Part shown: positions 21,568 through 31,460 of the stretch, in pieces
How positions within the stretch are numbered: position 1 is the first letter of the stretch
Layout of the letters: every line of letters begins with the position of its first letter
Origin: Phycisphaerales bacterium
Lineage (GTDB): Bacteria; Planctomycetota; Phycisphaerae; Phycisphaerales; UBA5793
NCBI GenBank assembly: GCA_043101845.1
Contig: JBICHN010000011.1
Coordinates: forward strand, 274,635-338,634
Length of the DNA stretch: 64,000 nucleotides
Direction: 5' to 3'
Notes under the pieces: model-generated
What the model saw: only the letters and a program-made list of their open reading frames with translations
The model's database searches: none
What the model was told of the DNA's origin: nothing
Position numbers and translations under genes: made by a program

Positions 21568-23571
21568 TTAGAAGACCTCATCTGACAGCACCCAGCTCGT
21601 TCTTCCGGTGTTCTGGGCAGCTTGATACACGACGGTACGACCCTGCCAAGTCCAAGGAATCGCTATGCCAATTTCAGCAGTTCCGTCGTTCATTACCGAA
21701 AACAATGGCGATACTTCATCGTAATTTGACAGTTGAAGACATATACCTGACACCACTGATTGGCCATCGAAACGGCTGAAAATGATGCGTGTATTATTCT
21801 CCCCCGGGTCCGCATTCGCGATCTCGAATAAAGAAACCTTACGAGCGGTGAATTGATCAACGGTAAGTTCAAACGATCTAGGCTGCGTTGGCAATGCGCC
21901 TAGTCCGGGCCAAGGGAAAACATGAGAGGCCCCGTTCAACTCGTCTGAAGCATTCCCATCACAGCGGCACCATTCGTGCGCGGTCGTCAATGGCGCCCCC
22001 GCCAGCAATGCCGGTACTTCGCCGTTGTATTGACTGAACCCGCTCGCAACCGAGTCGCCAAGACCGCCTCCCTCGAAATCTATGCGTAGATCGTCGTCAC
22101 TCTCGAACTGACCAGTTCCACCCCAGATCCATAGAGGCGCCGGATCACTCGACGGGTCGGGTATCGAGTAGACCCAGACACGGCCTTGGTATGAGTTTGG
22201 TGCAGCGAGCGGCCGCAAGGCAGGCGCCCCGACGAGCAGTTCGTCCTTGCCATCGCCGGTAAGATCACCGGCCGCGGCAAGGGAGAATCCAAATTCCGTG
22301 TTCTCCTCTAGCTTGAAGGCGACGCTTGGTCCGTCGAGGACAGTGGTGAGGGTCCATGGATTGGGGCCAGCAGTTTCATAAATATAAACCCTCCCCTCGA
22401 AACCGGTATCGCAACTCCTCGGATCTCCGACGACGATTTCGGGCGCGGAATCTCCCCAGAGATCGACCGCCGCAATGTATGTCCCCCATGCCTCACTAAC
22501 GCCGGCCGGCGCCGGAACCGTCCGCTCATGATGGATCTCGCTCGCCGCAAAATTCACGCTGAACACTTCGATGGATGCCGTTCCGCTCGCACGAAAGACT
22601 CGAAGGAGCACTTCGACTACACCGTCACCGTCGTCGTCATGCGTTTGGACGACTTTACGTGCCCGGATGAAATGGCCTTCTCCAGGCGACCACTCATGGA
22701 ACCGATAGCTCACGCAAGAATCGTAGAACACCCGACCGGGTGCCAAATTCGGAAACCGATTCGGATCGGGATTCGCGAGATTAACCTCATCGTGAAACAC
22801 AAAATCCGATCCGGTAAATTCGCCAAAGAAATGAAGTTTATCGTCGCCCTCCAAAGGAGTTCCGAACGCCTCGACAAGTGCGATGTCGAGGCCGGGAGTG
22901 CCGGGATCAATCATCGCGTCGGCTGCCGCATCCGGCAGGCCGGAATTATCTATACTCTCACAGTTGTTGAAGAATGTGCATGCCGACCAGAGCACTGATA
23001 GATCATGCGTTGATGAGTCGATACTGAGGAGTGACGCGCGCGAACCAGCGCAACCGTCGTCACCAGAACACGCACTCGAGGCCACCAAAAACTCATTAAA
23101 GGAGTCCCCCGTCCATTCCCCGGCGTCGACGACAATCGGGCCGACAATTGAACCGGTGTATCGTGAGTCGCTCACTGCAGCAACAAGGTCGAACCGCGGG
23201 ACCCCGTTCGCTGATTGGAAGACCTCGTAGACGAAGACGAGTCCGCGCTGGCAACCAGGAGTGCCTTCATCGAAGCGTCCTCCTGGATCGCTGACTGCGA
23301 GCAAGTTTGTCCCGAGGCGCGTCAGATAGGCGCCGAAATGATGGCCGCCAGAGACGACCTCCGAATTCGGGAATTCGGCGACTTCCGTCGGGCACGGATA
23401 AAGCAGTACTTCCCCGCAATAGTTCGGGGGGCGCACGCTGTCACATGGGGCGGGGTATGAGTCACAGGGCTTCTGCGAGACGGCGGGCGCTGAGCCCACG
23501 CAGATCGCGATGATCAAGAGAGGGCCGGACCATGAGAGACGCGGCGCGAGCCGGATCCGTTGAGTCTGCAT
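21568..23571 (-). CDS. Secreted FG-GAP / integrin-alpha beta-propeller repeat protein
   Basis: Signal peptide; FG.SLAAAGDLTGDGKDELLVGAP, DLWGDSAPEIVVGDP, GRVYIY repeats; Cys-rich; lower GC than backbone. Confidence 0.75.
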   Translation of the reverse strand: MQTQRIRLAPRLSWSGPLLIIAICVGSAPAVSQKPCDSYPAPCDSVRPPNYCGEVLLYPCPTEVAEFPNSEVVSGGHHFGAYLTRLGTNLLAVSDPGGRFDEGTPGCQRGLVFVYEVFQSANGVPRFDLVAAVSDSRYTGSIVGPIVVDAGEWTGDSFNEFLVASSACSGDDGCAGSRASLLSIDSSTHDLSVLWSACTFFNNCESIDNSGLPDAAADAMIDPGTPGLDIALVEAFGTPLEGDDKLHFFGEFTGSDFVFHDEVNLANPDPNRFPNLAPGRVFYDSCVSYRFHEWSPGEGHFIRARKVVQTHDDDGDGVVEVLLRVFRASGTASIEVFSVNFAASEIHHERTVPAPAGVSEAWGTYIAAVDLWGDSAPEIVVGDPRSCDTGFEGRVYIYETAGPNPWTLTTVLDGPSVAFKLEENTEFGFSLAAAGDLTGDGKDELLVGAPALRPLAAPNSYQGRVWVYSIPDPSSDPAPLWIWGGTGQFESDDDLRIDFEGGGLGDSVASGFSQYNGEVPALLAGAPLTTAHEWCRCDGNASDELNGASHVFPWPGLGALPTQPRSFELTVDQFTARKVSLFEIANADPGENNTRIIFSRFDGQSVVSGICLQLSNYDEVSPLFSVMNDGTAEIGIAIPWTWQGRTVVYQAAQNTGRTSWVLSDEVF

Positions 23572-23770
23572 TGGTAGCCTCCAGATCGCCGGCGTGCGTC
23601 TCGCGGCTCGTCCCGCCCGACGGGCTAGATTCTGTGCAAGCGCGAAGTAGCGCCGCGGCGCATAAGGCGCAAGTTACAGATAGGCATACAAAAAATCAAG
23701 GCAGCCCGCGCCGGGGAAACTACCGGCCGCACCGGTCTCGAGACGAGTCCCGTTTCGGGCGTCAGAATGT

Positions 23771-24640
23771 ATGATTTCGAGCATGCCTCTCTTGTACTAC
23801 TGGCAGCCCGACAACTATCGCCGCGACCTCGACTATGGCGTGGGATTCCATCTGAGTCAGGGCTCGAAGCGACTCCATGAAGTCGACATTGGCGACAGCG
23901 TTTGGGCGTTCACTCGAATGCGGGGCGGCGGCTATGCGCTTGCTGCGCAGTTAGTCATCAAGGCGAAGACTCTGAATCCGCCTGGCTATCGCTATGGGAA
24001 ATACAGGGTCTGGGGCGATCTCGAACGATCACGATACTTCCACATAGATGCTCAAACGGATGTCGAAAGCACGCTGCGAAAGGCGTCGGGCCGAACATCC
24101 GCGAAGATGTTCGCGCAGGCGTTTCAGGGCCACGCCGCGGTCGTTCACATCGATCTGGCCTCGCATCAGGCGCTCTCGGAACTCGGTGCGGACCTGCCGC
24201 ATGAACCTCGCGCCCGGATCCTTCCCGAGGAGAAACTGGAGGCCGAACTCCTTTTCGGTAATGAAGCGACCGTAAGGCGTTTCATTGACGCGGAAGACTC
24301 GGGCCTCGCCGACGATCGCCGGGCGTATCTCTACAGCGAGGCGCCAAGTCGGAACCGGCGGCTGGTGCGTGAGTTGTACGATCTCTACGACAACCGATGC
24401 CAACTCTGCGAGTGGGATCCCCTCGACCTGTATAGCCGGCCGCTCTGCGAGGCGCATCACCTCGTATGGTTGAGCCGCGGCGGTGAGGACGATCTCTCGA
24501 ATATGGTGCTGATCTGTCCGAATCATCACCGCGCGATTCACCGGTGTGATGCGCCGTTTGATTTTCTCGACTTGAGCTTTCGGTTCTCGGAATCGTTGCG
24601 TGAGTCGTTGCAGCTCAATAGACATTTGGTTGGTTGTTGA
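23771..24640 (+). CDS. HNH endonuclease with uncharacterised N-terminal domain
   Basis: CQLC...EAHHLVWLSRGGEDDLSNMVLICPNHHRAIH; start may be ATG 23783. Confidence 0.85.
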   Translation: MISSMPLLYYWQPDNYRRDLDYGVGFHLSQGSKRLHEVDIGDSVWAFTRMRGGGYALAAQLVIKAKTLNPPGYRYGKYRVWGDLERSRYFHIDAQTDVESTLRKASGRTSAKMFAQAFQGHAAVVHIDLASHQALSELGADLPHEPRARILPEEKLEAELLFGNEATVRRFIDAEDSGLADDRRAYLYSEAPSRNRRLVRELYDLYDNRCQLCEWDPLDLYSRPLCEAHHLVWLSRGGEDDLSNMVLICPNHHRAIHRCDAPFDFLDLSFRFSESLRESLQLNRHLVGC

Positions 24641-24801
24641 TCGCCGTGACAGAGAGCCGTGGTCGGCTCGGCGTGTCCGGCAAGGCCGACCCCGACCGCT
24701 GCCTCGAAGCCCTCACCTTCGTCCCCGACCACGGCTGCGGCCGCGTCCTGCTCCAGGGCCTCAACCTCACGCGATGCGCGAAGAGCGAGGTCGTCGTACT
24801 C

Positions 24802-24830
24802 GAGTGAGTGAGTGAGTGAGTGAGTGAGTG
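24802..24830. repeat. Microsatellite (GAGT)7G
   Basis: Perfect tetranucleotide run. Confidence 0.9.
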
Positions 24831-24874
24831 GCGAATCGGTCCGTGGAACAACGGGCGTCGCGCGATACGCATGG

Positions 24875-25285
24875 ATAGAGCCGCGTGCCGCGCACGGCGT
24901 CGAGGCGGAGTCCCTTCCTCGTAGAGCCGCGTGCTGTGCACGGGGTCGAGGCGGTGTCCCCCCAACGGGGGCGGAGCCTCGAAGTCCCGGCGCCCGTCGC
25001 GCAATCGATTCGCGGCGCCGGGGGCGCGACCCCCGGCGCCGCGACCCCGCTCACAGAGCGCGGCTCTACGCTCTCGTAAACGCAGCGCCGCTCGCCTCCG
25101 CGCGTGAAACGGGCTCACAGAGCCCGGCTCGCGCCGTCGCCGCGCCCTTCGTCTCTCCGTGACTACGTCTCTCCGTCTCCCCTCGCAGCGCCATCCGCCT
25201 CCGCGCGTGAAACGGGTTCACAGAGCCCGGCTCGCGCCCTCGCCGCGCCCTTCGTCTCTTCGTGACTCCGTCTCTCCGTCTCTCG
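24875..25285. repeat. Composite repeat mosaic 4
   Basis: RTAGAGCCGCG modules at about 24875, 24921 and (minus) 25040-25070; tandem ~103-bp duplication 25081-25180 / 25184-25283 containing a CGGGCTC-ACA-GAGCCCG hairpin and an octamer tail. Confidence 0.85.
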
Positions 25286-25301
25286 ATTTCTCTCTTCCCA
25301 C

Positions 25302-25329
25302 TTGACTTTTCGCCGTTGCAACATATATT
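25302..25329 (+). promoter_or_regulatory. Putative sigma-70 promoter of marR overlapped by a candidate operator
   Basis: TTGACT-16nt-TATATT; GTTGCAACATATAT at 25315-25328 recurs inverted at 25906-25919. Confidence 0.6.
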
Positions 25330-25368
25330 TCTTTCTGGACGCCTCCTCGTTCAAGGCGGAGTGAACCC

Positions 25369-25836
25369 ATGCCCGACCTCGGGCGCGAAATCGGGAAGAA
25401 GGGGAAGTTCGCGTCGCTCGAGCAGGAGACGGCGTTGAACCTTCAGCGGGCCGCGGACCGGCTCGAGGCGCCCTTTGACGCCCTCTTCCAGGAGCACGGC
25501 CTCTCGAGCGCCCAGTACAACGCGCTGCGGATCATCCGCGGCGCCGGGCCCCTTGGCACGCCGATCCAGCGCATCGGGGAGCACATGATCACGCGGCAGC
25601 CGGACATGACGAGGCTCGTCGATCGCCTTGAAAAGGCAGGGTTTGTGGAGCGCAAGCGCTGCGACGAGGACCGCCGGGTCATCTACGCGACGCTCACGAA
25701 AGACGGAAAGGAGATCCTCCGGAAACTCGATAAACCAGTCCTCGAAATTCACCAGAAGCAGTTCGCCCACATGAAGAAGGAGCAGGTCGAGATGTTGAAC
25801 GCGTTGCTCTACCTCGCCCGCCAGGCGCCGGACTGA
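25369..25836 (+). CDS. MarR-family transcriptional regulator
   Basis: GLSSAQYNALRIIRGA, MITRQPDMTRLVDRLEKAGFVERKRC.EDRRV....LT..G. Confidence 0.92.
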   Translation: MPDLGREIGKKGKFASLEQETALNLQRAADRLEAPFDALFQEHGLSSAQYNALRIIRGAGPLGTPIQRIGEHMITRQPDMTRLVDRLEKAGFVERKRCDEDRRVIYATLTKDGKEILRKLDKPVLEIHQKQFAHMKKEQVEMLNALLYLARQAPD

Positions 25837-25896
25837 CCCGGCGACTTCGGCGGACCGCCCCGAGGCCGCGGGATGTGGACGCCCGTCGGCTTTTTC

Positions 25897-25925
25897 TTGA
25901 GCCTGATATATGTTACAACAACAAT
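25897..25925 (+). promoter_or_regulatory. Putative promoter/operator of doxX-pirin
   Basis: TTGAGC-17nt-AACAAT with ATATATGTTACAAC in the spacer. Confidence 0.5.
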
Positions 25926-25945
25926 CGTTTAGCGGAGTAAAAATC

Positions 25946-26458
25946 ATGGATCGCGACCACCTCGAACACGCCGGCGCCCAGGCCGGTCTCCTCGTTGCCC
26001 GCGTCCTGCCCGGCGTCGTCTTCGTCTTCCACGGATCCCAGAAGCTCTTCGGCGCCTTCGACGGGCCCGGCCTCGCCGGCTTCGCGGGCTACCTCGACGC
26101 GCTCGGCGTCCCGGCGCCCGCGCTCAACGCGGCCGTCGCGGCGTCGGTCGAACTCGTCGGCGGGCTCGCGCTCCTCACCGGCGTGGGACAGCGGATCGTC
26201 GCGGCGCCGCTCGCGTTCACGATGCTCGTCGCCGCGTTCCTCGCGCACGGCGGGGCGTTCGACGCGGGGAAGGGCGGCATGGAGTACCCGCTCACCCTCG
26301 CGTTCGTCGTGATCGGCCTCGGGCTCACCGGGCCGGGCCGGCTCACGCTCGCGACCCTCGCGCGGCGGCTCCGGCGCGGCGCCGCGGCCGGGCGCGACGG
26401 CGGGCTCGCGTCGAGTTTCACCGCCGCCACCACCACCACCACCACCACCGCTCGATGA
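25946..26458 (+). CDS. DoxX-family membrane protein
   Basis: R...G.VF..HG.QKLFG.F.GPG, ELVGG..L..G, GGMEYPL, GPGR.TL. Confidence 0.9.
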   Translation: MDRDHLEHAGAQAGLLVARVLPGVVFVFHGSQKLFGAFDGPGLAGFAGYLDALGVPAPALNAAVAASVELVGGLALLTGVGQRIVAAPLAFTMLVAAFLAHGGAFDAGKGGMEYPLTLAFVVIGLGLTGPGRLTLATLARRLRRGAAAGRDGGLASSFTAATTTTTTTAR

Positions 26459-26520
26459 ATCGAACGAATCGGCTTCGCCTTCGAGAGCGAACCTTATAGA
26501 GATACGAGAGGACGCACACC

Positions 26521-27243
26521 ATGCTTCGCATACGACGCGCCGCCGACCGCGGCCACCTCGACCACGGCTGGCTCGACACCTGGCACACCTTTTCGTTCGG
26601 CGACTACCGCGACCCGGCGCACACCCGCTTCCGCACGCTCCGCGTGATCAACGATGATCGCGTGGCGCCCGGGCGCGGCTTCGGGATGCACCCGCACCGC
26701 GACATGGAGATTCTGACTTATGTCCTCGACGGCGCCGTGGCGCACGAGGACAGCGGCGGGAACCGCGGTGTGATCGAGCGCGACGGCGTGCAGGTCATGT
26801 CCGCCGGGCGCGGCGTCGAGCACAGCGAGTTCAACGCGTCGCGCGTCGAGCCCGTGCATCTCCTGCAGATCTGGATCTTCCCCGAGGAGAAGGGGCTCGA
26901 GCCCGGCTACGCCGAGCGCGTGTTCCCGGCCGACGAGAAGCGCGGCCGCCTCCGCGCGATCGCGTCGCGCGACGGGCGCGAGGACTCGCTCATCATTCAT
27001 CAGGACGCCGCGGTGTACGCGACGATTCTCGATGATCCGGACCAGACCGTCGAGCACACGCTCGCGCCGGGGCGCGGCGCCTGGGTGCAGGTGGCGCGCG
27101 GCTCGGTCATCGTGAACGGCGAACGACTCGAGACGGGCGACGGCGCCGCGATCGAGGATGAGGAGGTCGTCACGCTCCGCGCAGCGGCCGATTCCAACGC
27201 CACGGACGAGCCGGCGGAAGCGCTGCTCTTTGATCTCGGCTGA
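26521..27243 (+). CDS. Pirin-family protein (YhhW-like)
   Basis: RGH.DHGWLD.WHTFSF..Y.DP, LRVINDD, GFGMHPHRDMEI.TYV, MSAG.GV.HSE.N, LLQIWI. Confidence 0.93.
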   Translation: MLRIRRAADRGHLDHGWLDTWHTFSFGDYRDPAHTRFRTLRVINDDRVAPGRGFGMHPHRDMEILTYVLDGAVAHEDSGGNRGVIERDGVQVMSAGRGVEHSEFNASRVEPVHLLQIWIFPEEKGLEPGYAERVFPADEKRGRLRAIASRDGREDSLIIHQDAAVYATILDDPDQTVEHTLAPGRGAWVQVARGSVIVNGERLETGDGAAIEDEEVVTLRAAADSNATDEPAEALLFDLG

Positions 27244-27267
27244 TCCATCGCCGCGACCACTAGACTC

Positions 27268-27395
27268 GGACAGAGAGACACAGAGGCGCGGAGGGGGAAG
27301 CGAGCGATTTGAGATTGGAGATCTGAGATTTTAGATTGGGGGACTCACGCGCGATGACGCGAGGGCGCGAGCCGGGCTCTGCGAGCCCGTTTCAC
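27268..27395. repeat. Composite repeat mosaic 5
   Basis: GACACAGAGGCGC module, GATTTGA-type heptamers 27306-27338, inverted copy of the 25104 hairpin at 27364-27395. Confidence 0.75.
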
Positions 27396-27641
27396 CTCCG
27401 GACCTCACGCAGGGTCCGCCCGCCGCGTCGCACGATCTCTCGCAACGCGACTGGGCGCCAGAATACGGACGACACGATTCGCACGAGACCAGCCCAAGAA
27501 CTCACACTGGACACGCACGACACCAGACGCACGAACTCACACTCGACGCGAATAGACGCACACACACACCCATGCACGCACGACCGACCGACGGACCGCC
27601 CGATCAGGCGTCACGGTCACCTACGACAGGAGTTGTTCCCA

Positions 27642-28250
27642 ATGAAGACGCAAGGCGCCGATCCCGTTTCGAACCCGCGCACGCCGGCGGTTGATATTGA
27701 TCCGATGTTTACCGACCGCTGGTCGCCGCGCGCGTACGACGCGGAGCATGAGGTGACCGAGGATGAGATCGCGTCGGTCATGGAGGCGGCGCGGTGGTCG
27801 CCTTCGTCGTACAACGAGCAGCCGTGGGTCTTCGTGTATGCGCGGTCGAAGGAGGACCATGCGCGGTTCCTCGAGCTGCTCGTCGAGGGGAACCGGAAGT
27901 GGGCCGACCAGGCGCCGGTGCTCATCTTCGCGCTTGCGAAGCGCACCTTTGACAAGAATGGCAAGCCGAATCGGCATTATGCGTTCGACACCGGCGCCGC
28001 GTGGATGGCGATGTCGCTGCAGGCCCGCAAGCTCGGCCTCTACACGCACGGCATGGCCGGGTTCCACGAGGACAAGGCGTACGAAGCGCTCGGCGTCGAT
28101 CGCGAGAAGTACGAGGTCATGGCCGCAATCGCGCTCGGGCGGCGGGCCGACGCGTCGACGCTCGATGACGAGGGGATGCGGAAGGGTGAGAAGCCGAACG
28201 ATCGCAAGCCGCTCGAGAAGGTGGCGTACGAGGGGCGATTCTCCGCCTAG
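27642..28250 (+). CDS. Nitroreductase family protein
   Basis: RWSPRAY, EAARWSPSSYNEQPW.F, FDTGAAW..M.LQA..LGL..HGMAGF. Confidence 0.92.
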   Translation: MKTQGADPVSNPRTPAVDIDPMFTDRWSPRAYDAEHEVTEDEIASVMEAARWSPSSYNEQPWVFVYARSKEDHARFLELLVEGNRKWADQAPVLIFALAKRTFDKNGKPNRHYAFDTGAAWMAMSLQARKLGLYTHGMAGFHEDKAYEALGVDREKYEVMAAIALGRRADASTLDDEGMRKGEKPNDRKPLEKVAYEGRFSA

Positions 28251-28259
28251 CGTACCGGC

Positions 28260-29558
28260 ATGAATCGAACCGCGACGACCGCGACGACCGCGAGGAGACT
28301 GATGAGCGCGCTCCGATTCGGCGCGACGCGCGCGTTCATCGTGATCATCGCGATGACGGTGTTCTTCGGGGCCGCATGGGCGACGGATGTACAGGACGCT
28401 GACGCGCCGCAGCCCGAATCGCAGCCGCAGCCCGAACCCGATCCTGAGACCCAGCCCGAGCCCGAACCCGCACCGGCGGAGCGCGCGACGGAGCCCGGCG
28501 CCACCGCGCCGGCCGACACCTCGCCCGCCAACACACCCGCCCCCGTCGTTCCACTCCCCACGCCGAAGCCGGCGCGGGTCGATCATGTGTTCATCATCAG
28601 CGTCGACGGGTTGCGGAGCGATGCGCTCCTCGCGCCCGGCACGCGCCTGCCGAACTTCGCGCGGCTGTCGCGGCGGGGCGCCTACACGCTCAACGCGCGG
28701 ACCGATCCCGACTCGACCGTCACGCTGCCGAACCATGTCGGCATGATCACCGGCCGCCTCATGCGCGGCCGGTCGGGGCACGGCTGGACGGGCAACGCCG
28801 ATCCGCCCGCCGGGGCCACGCTCCACGACGGTCATGACGAGCCGATCATGAGCGTGTTCGAGGTCGCACGCTCGTTCGGCGTCGCGACCGCGGCGTTCAC
28901 GTCGAAGACGAAGTTCTCGCTCTTCGAGGTCTCGCACGAGGGGCTCGACGCGTACGCGTACGCGGCCGAGGCGCCGGCGATCACCGATCACGCGCTCCGC
29001 GCGCTCGCCGCGGCGGAGCGTTCGCTCATCTTCGTGCACTACCGCGACCCGGACAGCGCCGGGCACGCGTCGGGGTGGGATCTCTCGCCCGGCTCGGCGT
29101 ACATGGAGTCGATCGCGCGGGTCGATCTCGAGCTCGGCCGGCTGCTCGACGCGATCGAGACGGACGACCGCCGACGCGGCCGCGTCGCGATGATCATCAC
29201 GAGCGATCACGGCGGCGGCTCGCCGCACCGTTCGCACACGCACGAGTCGATGTGGGTGAACTACATCATTCCGTTTCTCGTGTGGGTCGACGGCGCCGAC
29301 CGCGCCGGCGAGTTGTACCTCTTGAACGCGTCAACGCGCGCCGACCCGGGCCTTCGCCGCCCGGGCGTGTCGCCGACGATGGAAGGCGACCCGTTACCGC
29401 CGATCCGCAACTCCGACGCCGCAAACCTCGCGCTCGACCTCCTCGGCCTGCCGGCGGTTCCGGGTTCAGTGGTGAATGGCGGGCAGGAGTTGGGGGTGTT
29501 TGAGTCTGGTTCTGGTTCCGGCGATGGTGACGTGCGGGGTGCCGGCGGCGGTGGGTGA
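28260..29558 (+). CDS. Exported alkaline-phosphatase-superfamily protein (NPP/phosphodiesterase type)
   Basis: ISVDGLRSDA, TLPNH..MITG (Thr nucleophile), PDSAGH, TSDHGG; Pro/Glu-rich linker after the signal. Confidence 0.85.
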   Translation: MNRTATTATTARRLMSALRFGATRAFIVIIAMTVFFGAAWATDVQDADAPQPESQPQPEPDPETQPEPEPAPAERATEPGATAPADTSPANTPAPVVPLPTPKPARVDHVFIISVDGLRSDALLAPGTRLPNFARLSRRGAYTLNARTDPDSTVTLPNHVGMITGRLMRGRSGHGWTGNADPPAGATLHDGHDEPIMSVFEVARSFGVATAAFTSKTKFSLFEVSHEGLDAYAYAAEAPAITDHALRALAAAERSLIFVHYRDPDSAGHASGWDLSPGSAYMESIARVDLELGRLLDAIETDDRRRGRVAMIITSDHGGGSPHRSHTHESMWVNYIIPFLVWVDGADRAGELYLLNASTRADPGLRRPGVSPTMEGDPLPPIRNSDAANLALDLLGLPAVPGSVVNGGQELGVFESGSGSGDGDVRGAGGGG

Positions 29559-30027
29559 CTTGCCTTGGGTACTACGCAAGTCGGGGCTCTGGACCGTCGG
29601 GAGTTTCGTCAGACGAATCTCCTGGCCGCGAGAAGGCGGCATGATCGACCCCTGTTCACTCCCGGGAGAATCCCCGGCGCGGATTTTTCAAAGTTGTTCC
29701 AGCTCCGTTGCTTGACGCGTTATACTCGGCGTCTATCGATACGACGGTCGAATGGACCGAGGGCGCGTTTCACTCATCGGTGATCATCTCACAGACGGTC
29801 CCGGATTCCCGGACTCGATTCACGAAAGGCCGCGATGGCTGAAGGCACGAGCACGAAGGCGGTGGGCGGTCAGGGCGGCGGGTCGCCCGATCTAAAATGG
29901 AAGATACACGGCAACGACGACTACAACGCCGTCGACATCGCGCACAAGGCGAATCGCGTTGGGTTTGAGATTCAGTTGTCTCTACAAAGATGAGCGACTC
30001 GAACGCCGTGAAGGTATCAAACAAGGC

Positions 30028-30855
30028 ATGAGTAAACGAACCGAGACTCGCAGCGATCGCGTTATACCCTTCCTGAAGTGGGCGGGGGGCAAGCGTTGGC
30101 TCGTTGCAAAGTCGCCGGAATTGTTCGACATCCCCTTCACGCGGTACGTCGAACCGTTTCTCGGGAGCGGCGCGGTATTCTTCCACTTGGCCCCCAAGCG
30201 CTCAGTACTCACTGATCGAAACTCCGAGCTTATCACCACGTACTCCGCGATCCGAGATGACTGGCGGGCCGTGTGGACACGATTGCGCAGACACCACCGG
30301 CACCATTCGAAAGACTACTACTACCAGCTACGATCGTCGACACCTCGCTCTCCGGCGGGCATCGCTGCGAGACTAATCTACTTGAACCGTACCTGCTGGA
30401 ATGGGTTGTACCGTGTCAATCTAAGCGGCGCGTTCAACGTACCAATCGGGACGAAGACCGACGCCATCTACGAAACCGATTGTTTTGAAAGCGTTTCGCA
30501 AATGCTGAAGTCGGCGAGCCTCAAGTCGTGCGACTTTTCAAAGACATTGGACAACACCGGCGACGGCGATTTTGTCTTCGTCGATCCGCCCTACACAGTG
30601 CGGCACGACAACAACGGTTTCATCAAATATAACGATTCGTTGTTCTCTTGGGAAGACCAGGAGCGACTGCGAGACGCAGTTGTTGACAGTCGTGCTCGCG
30701 GCGCCCGCGTTCTCGTCACTAACGCAAGCCATCCTTCGATCGAGAAACTCTACCGTGGTATCGGCCAGCACGTCCGATTGAGTCGGTCGAGCGTGATCGC
30801 TGGTGCATCAGAGTTCCGTGGACCATGTCATGAAATGGCGATCAAATGCTTCTGA
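30028..30855 (+). CDS. Dam-family (D12 class) N6-adenine DNA methyltransferase
   Basis: FLKWAGGKRWL, EPFLGSGAV, YLNRTCWNGLYRVN..G.FNVP.G, DPPY. Confidence 0.93.
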   Translation: MSKRTETRSDRVIPFLKWAGGKRWLVAKSPELFDIPFTRYVEPFLGSGAVFFHLAPKRSVLTDRNSELITTYSAIRDDWRAVWTRLRRHHRHHSKDYYYQLRSSTPRSPAGIAARLIYLNRTCWNGLYRVNLSGAFNVPIGTKTDAIYETDCFESVSQMLKSASLKSCDFSKTLDNTGDGDFVFVDPPYTVRHDNNGFIKYNDSLFSWEDQERLRDAVVDSRARGARVLVTNASHPSIEKLYRGIGQHVRLSRSSVIAGASEFRGPCHEMAIKCF

Positions 30856-31460
30856 AGATTTGCAAGGTTCTTCCGTTCGTTAACACGTTCGCCCACTATA
30901 ACAGGCATCGGCACAAAGACGCTCTAAAGAAGTTCCTCTTTCTTTGGTCCATTTCCGTCATTCCGATCGTGTCGGCATCGATCGTCGTCGCGATGGCGCC
31001 GAATGGCGGGTTCCCTGCGGCCGTTTGGGAGGCTATCCGTACTGGGTTCTTTGCGACCGATCAATTCATTTACGCAGTCGCCTTCCTTCCGCCGGTCTTG
31101 TACTTGTTGTTCGAGAAGTATGAACTTCGCGGCCATTTCATCGCGCTCAACAAACGCAAGAAGAACGAGAACCTCGAGATTCCTGGATATTTCCTGATCT
31201 ATTTGTTGACCGTTCTCGTCTTGATTTTCACAGCGTTTGTGTACGGAGTCACCAAAGCGAATCCATATTCTGTTTCGGCGACCTTTCTTGCGGTGTCGGG
31301 CGGGGTCGTGTACGCCTTTGCAATGTTCTGTTGGTACTTGTCCCTGCTTGAGTCGGTGTCACCTGATCCCTTCGGGTTTTTGGATGAGAATCGAGCAAGG
31401 GAAGCTGAAATGAGTGAAGACTTCGGGAAGCGGATCCGGAGCCGGGAGAGGCAGCAATGA
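30846..31460 (+). CDS. Hypothetical membrane protein with ~4 TM helices
   Basis: Four hydrophobic segments and a charged helical C-tail; overlaps the Dam stop and the DGQHR start. Confidence 0.75.
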   Translation: MLLKICKVLPFVNTFAHYNRHRHKDALKKFLFLWSISVIPIVSASIVVAMAPNGGFPAAVWEAIRTGFFATDQFIYAVAFLPPVLYLLFEKYELRGHFIALNKRKKNENLEIPGYFLIYLLTVLVLIFTAFVYGVTKANPYSVSATFLAVSGGVVYAFAMFCWYLSLLESVSPDPFGFLDENRAREAEMSEDFGKRIRSRERQQ

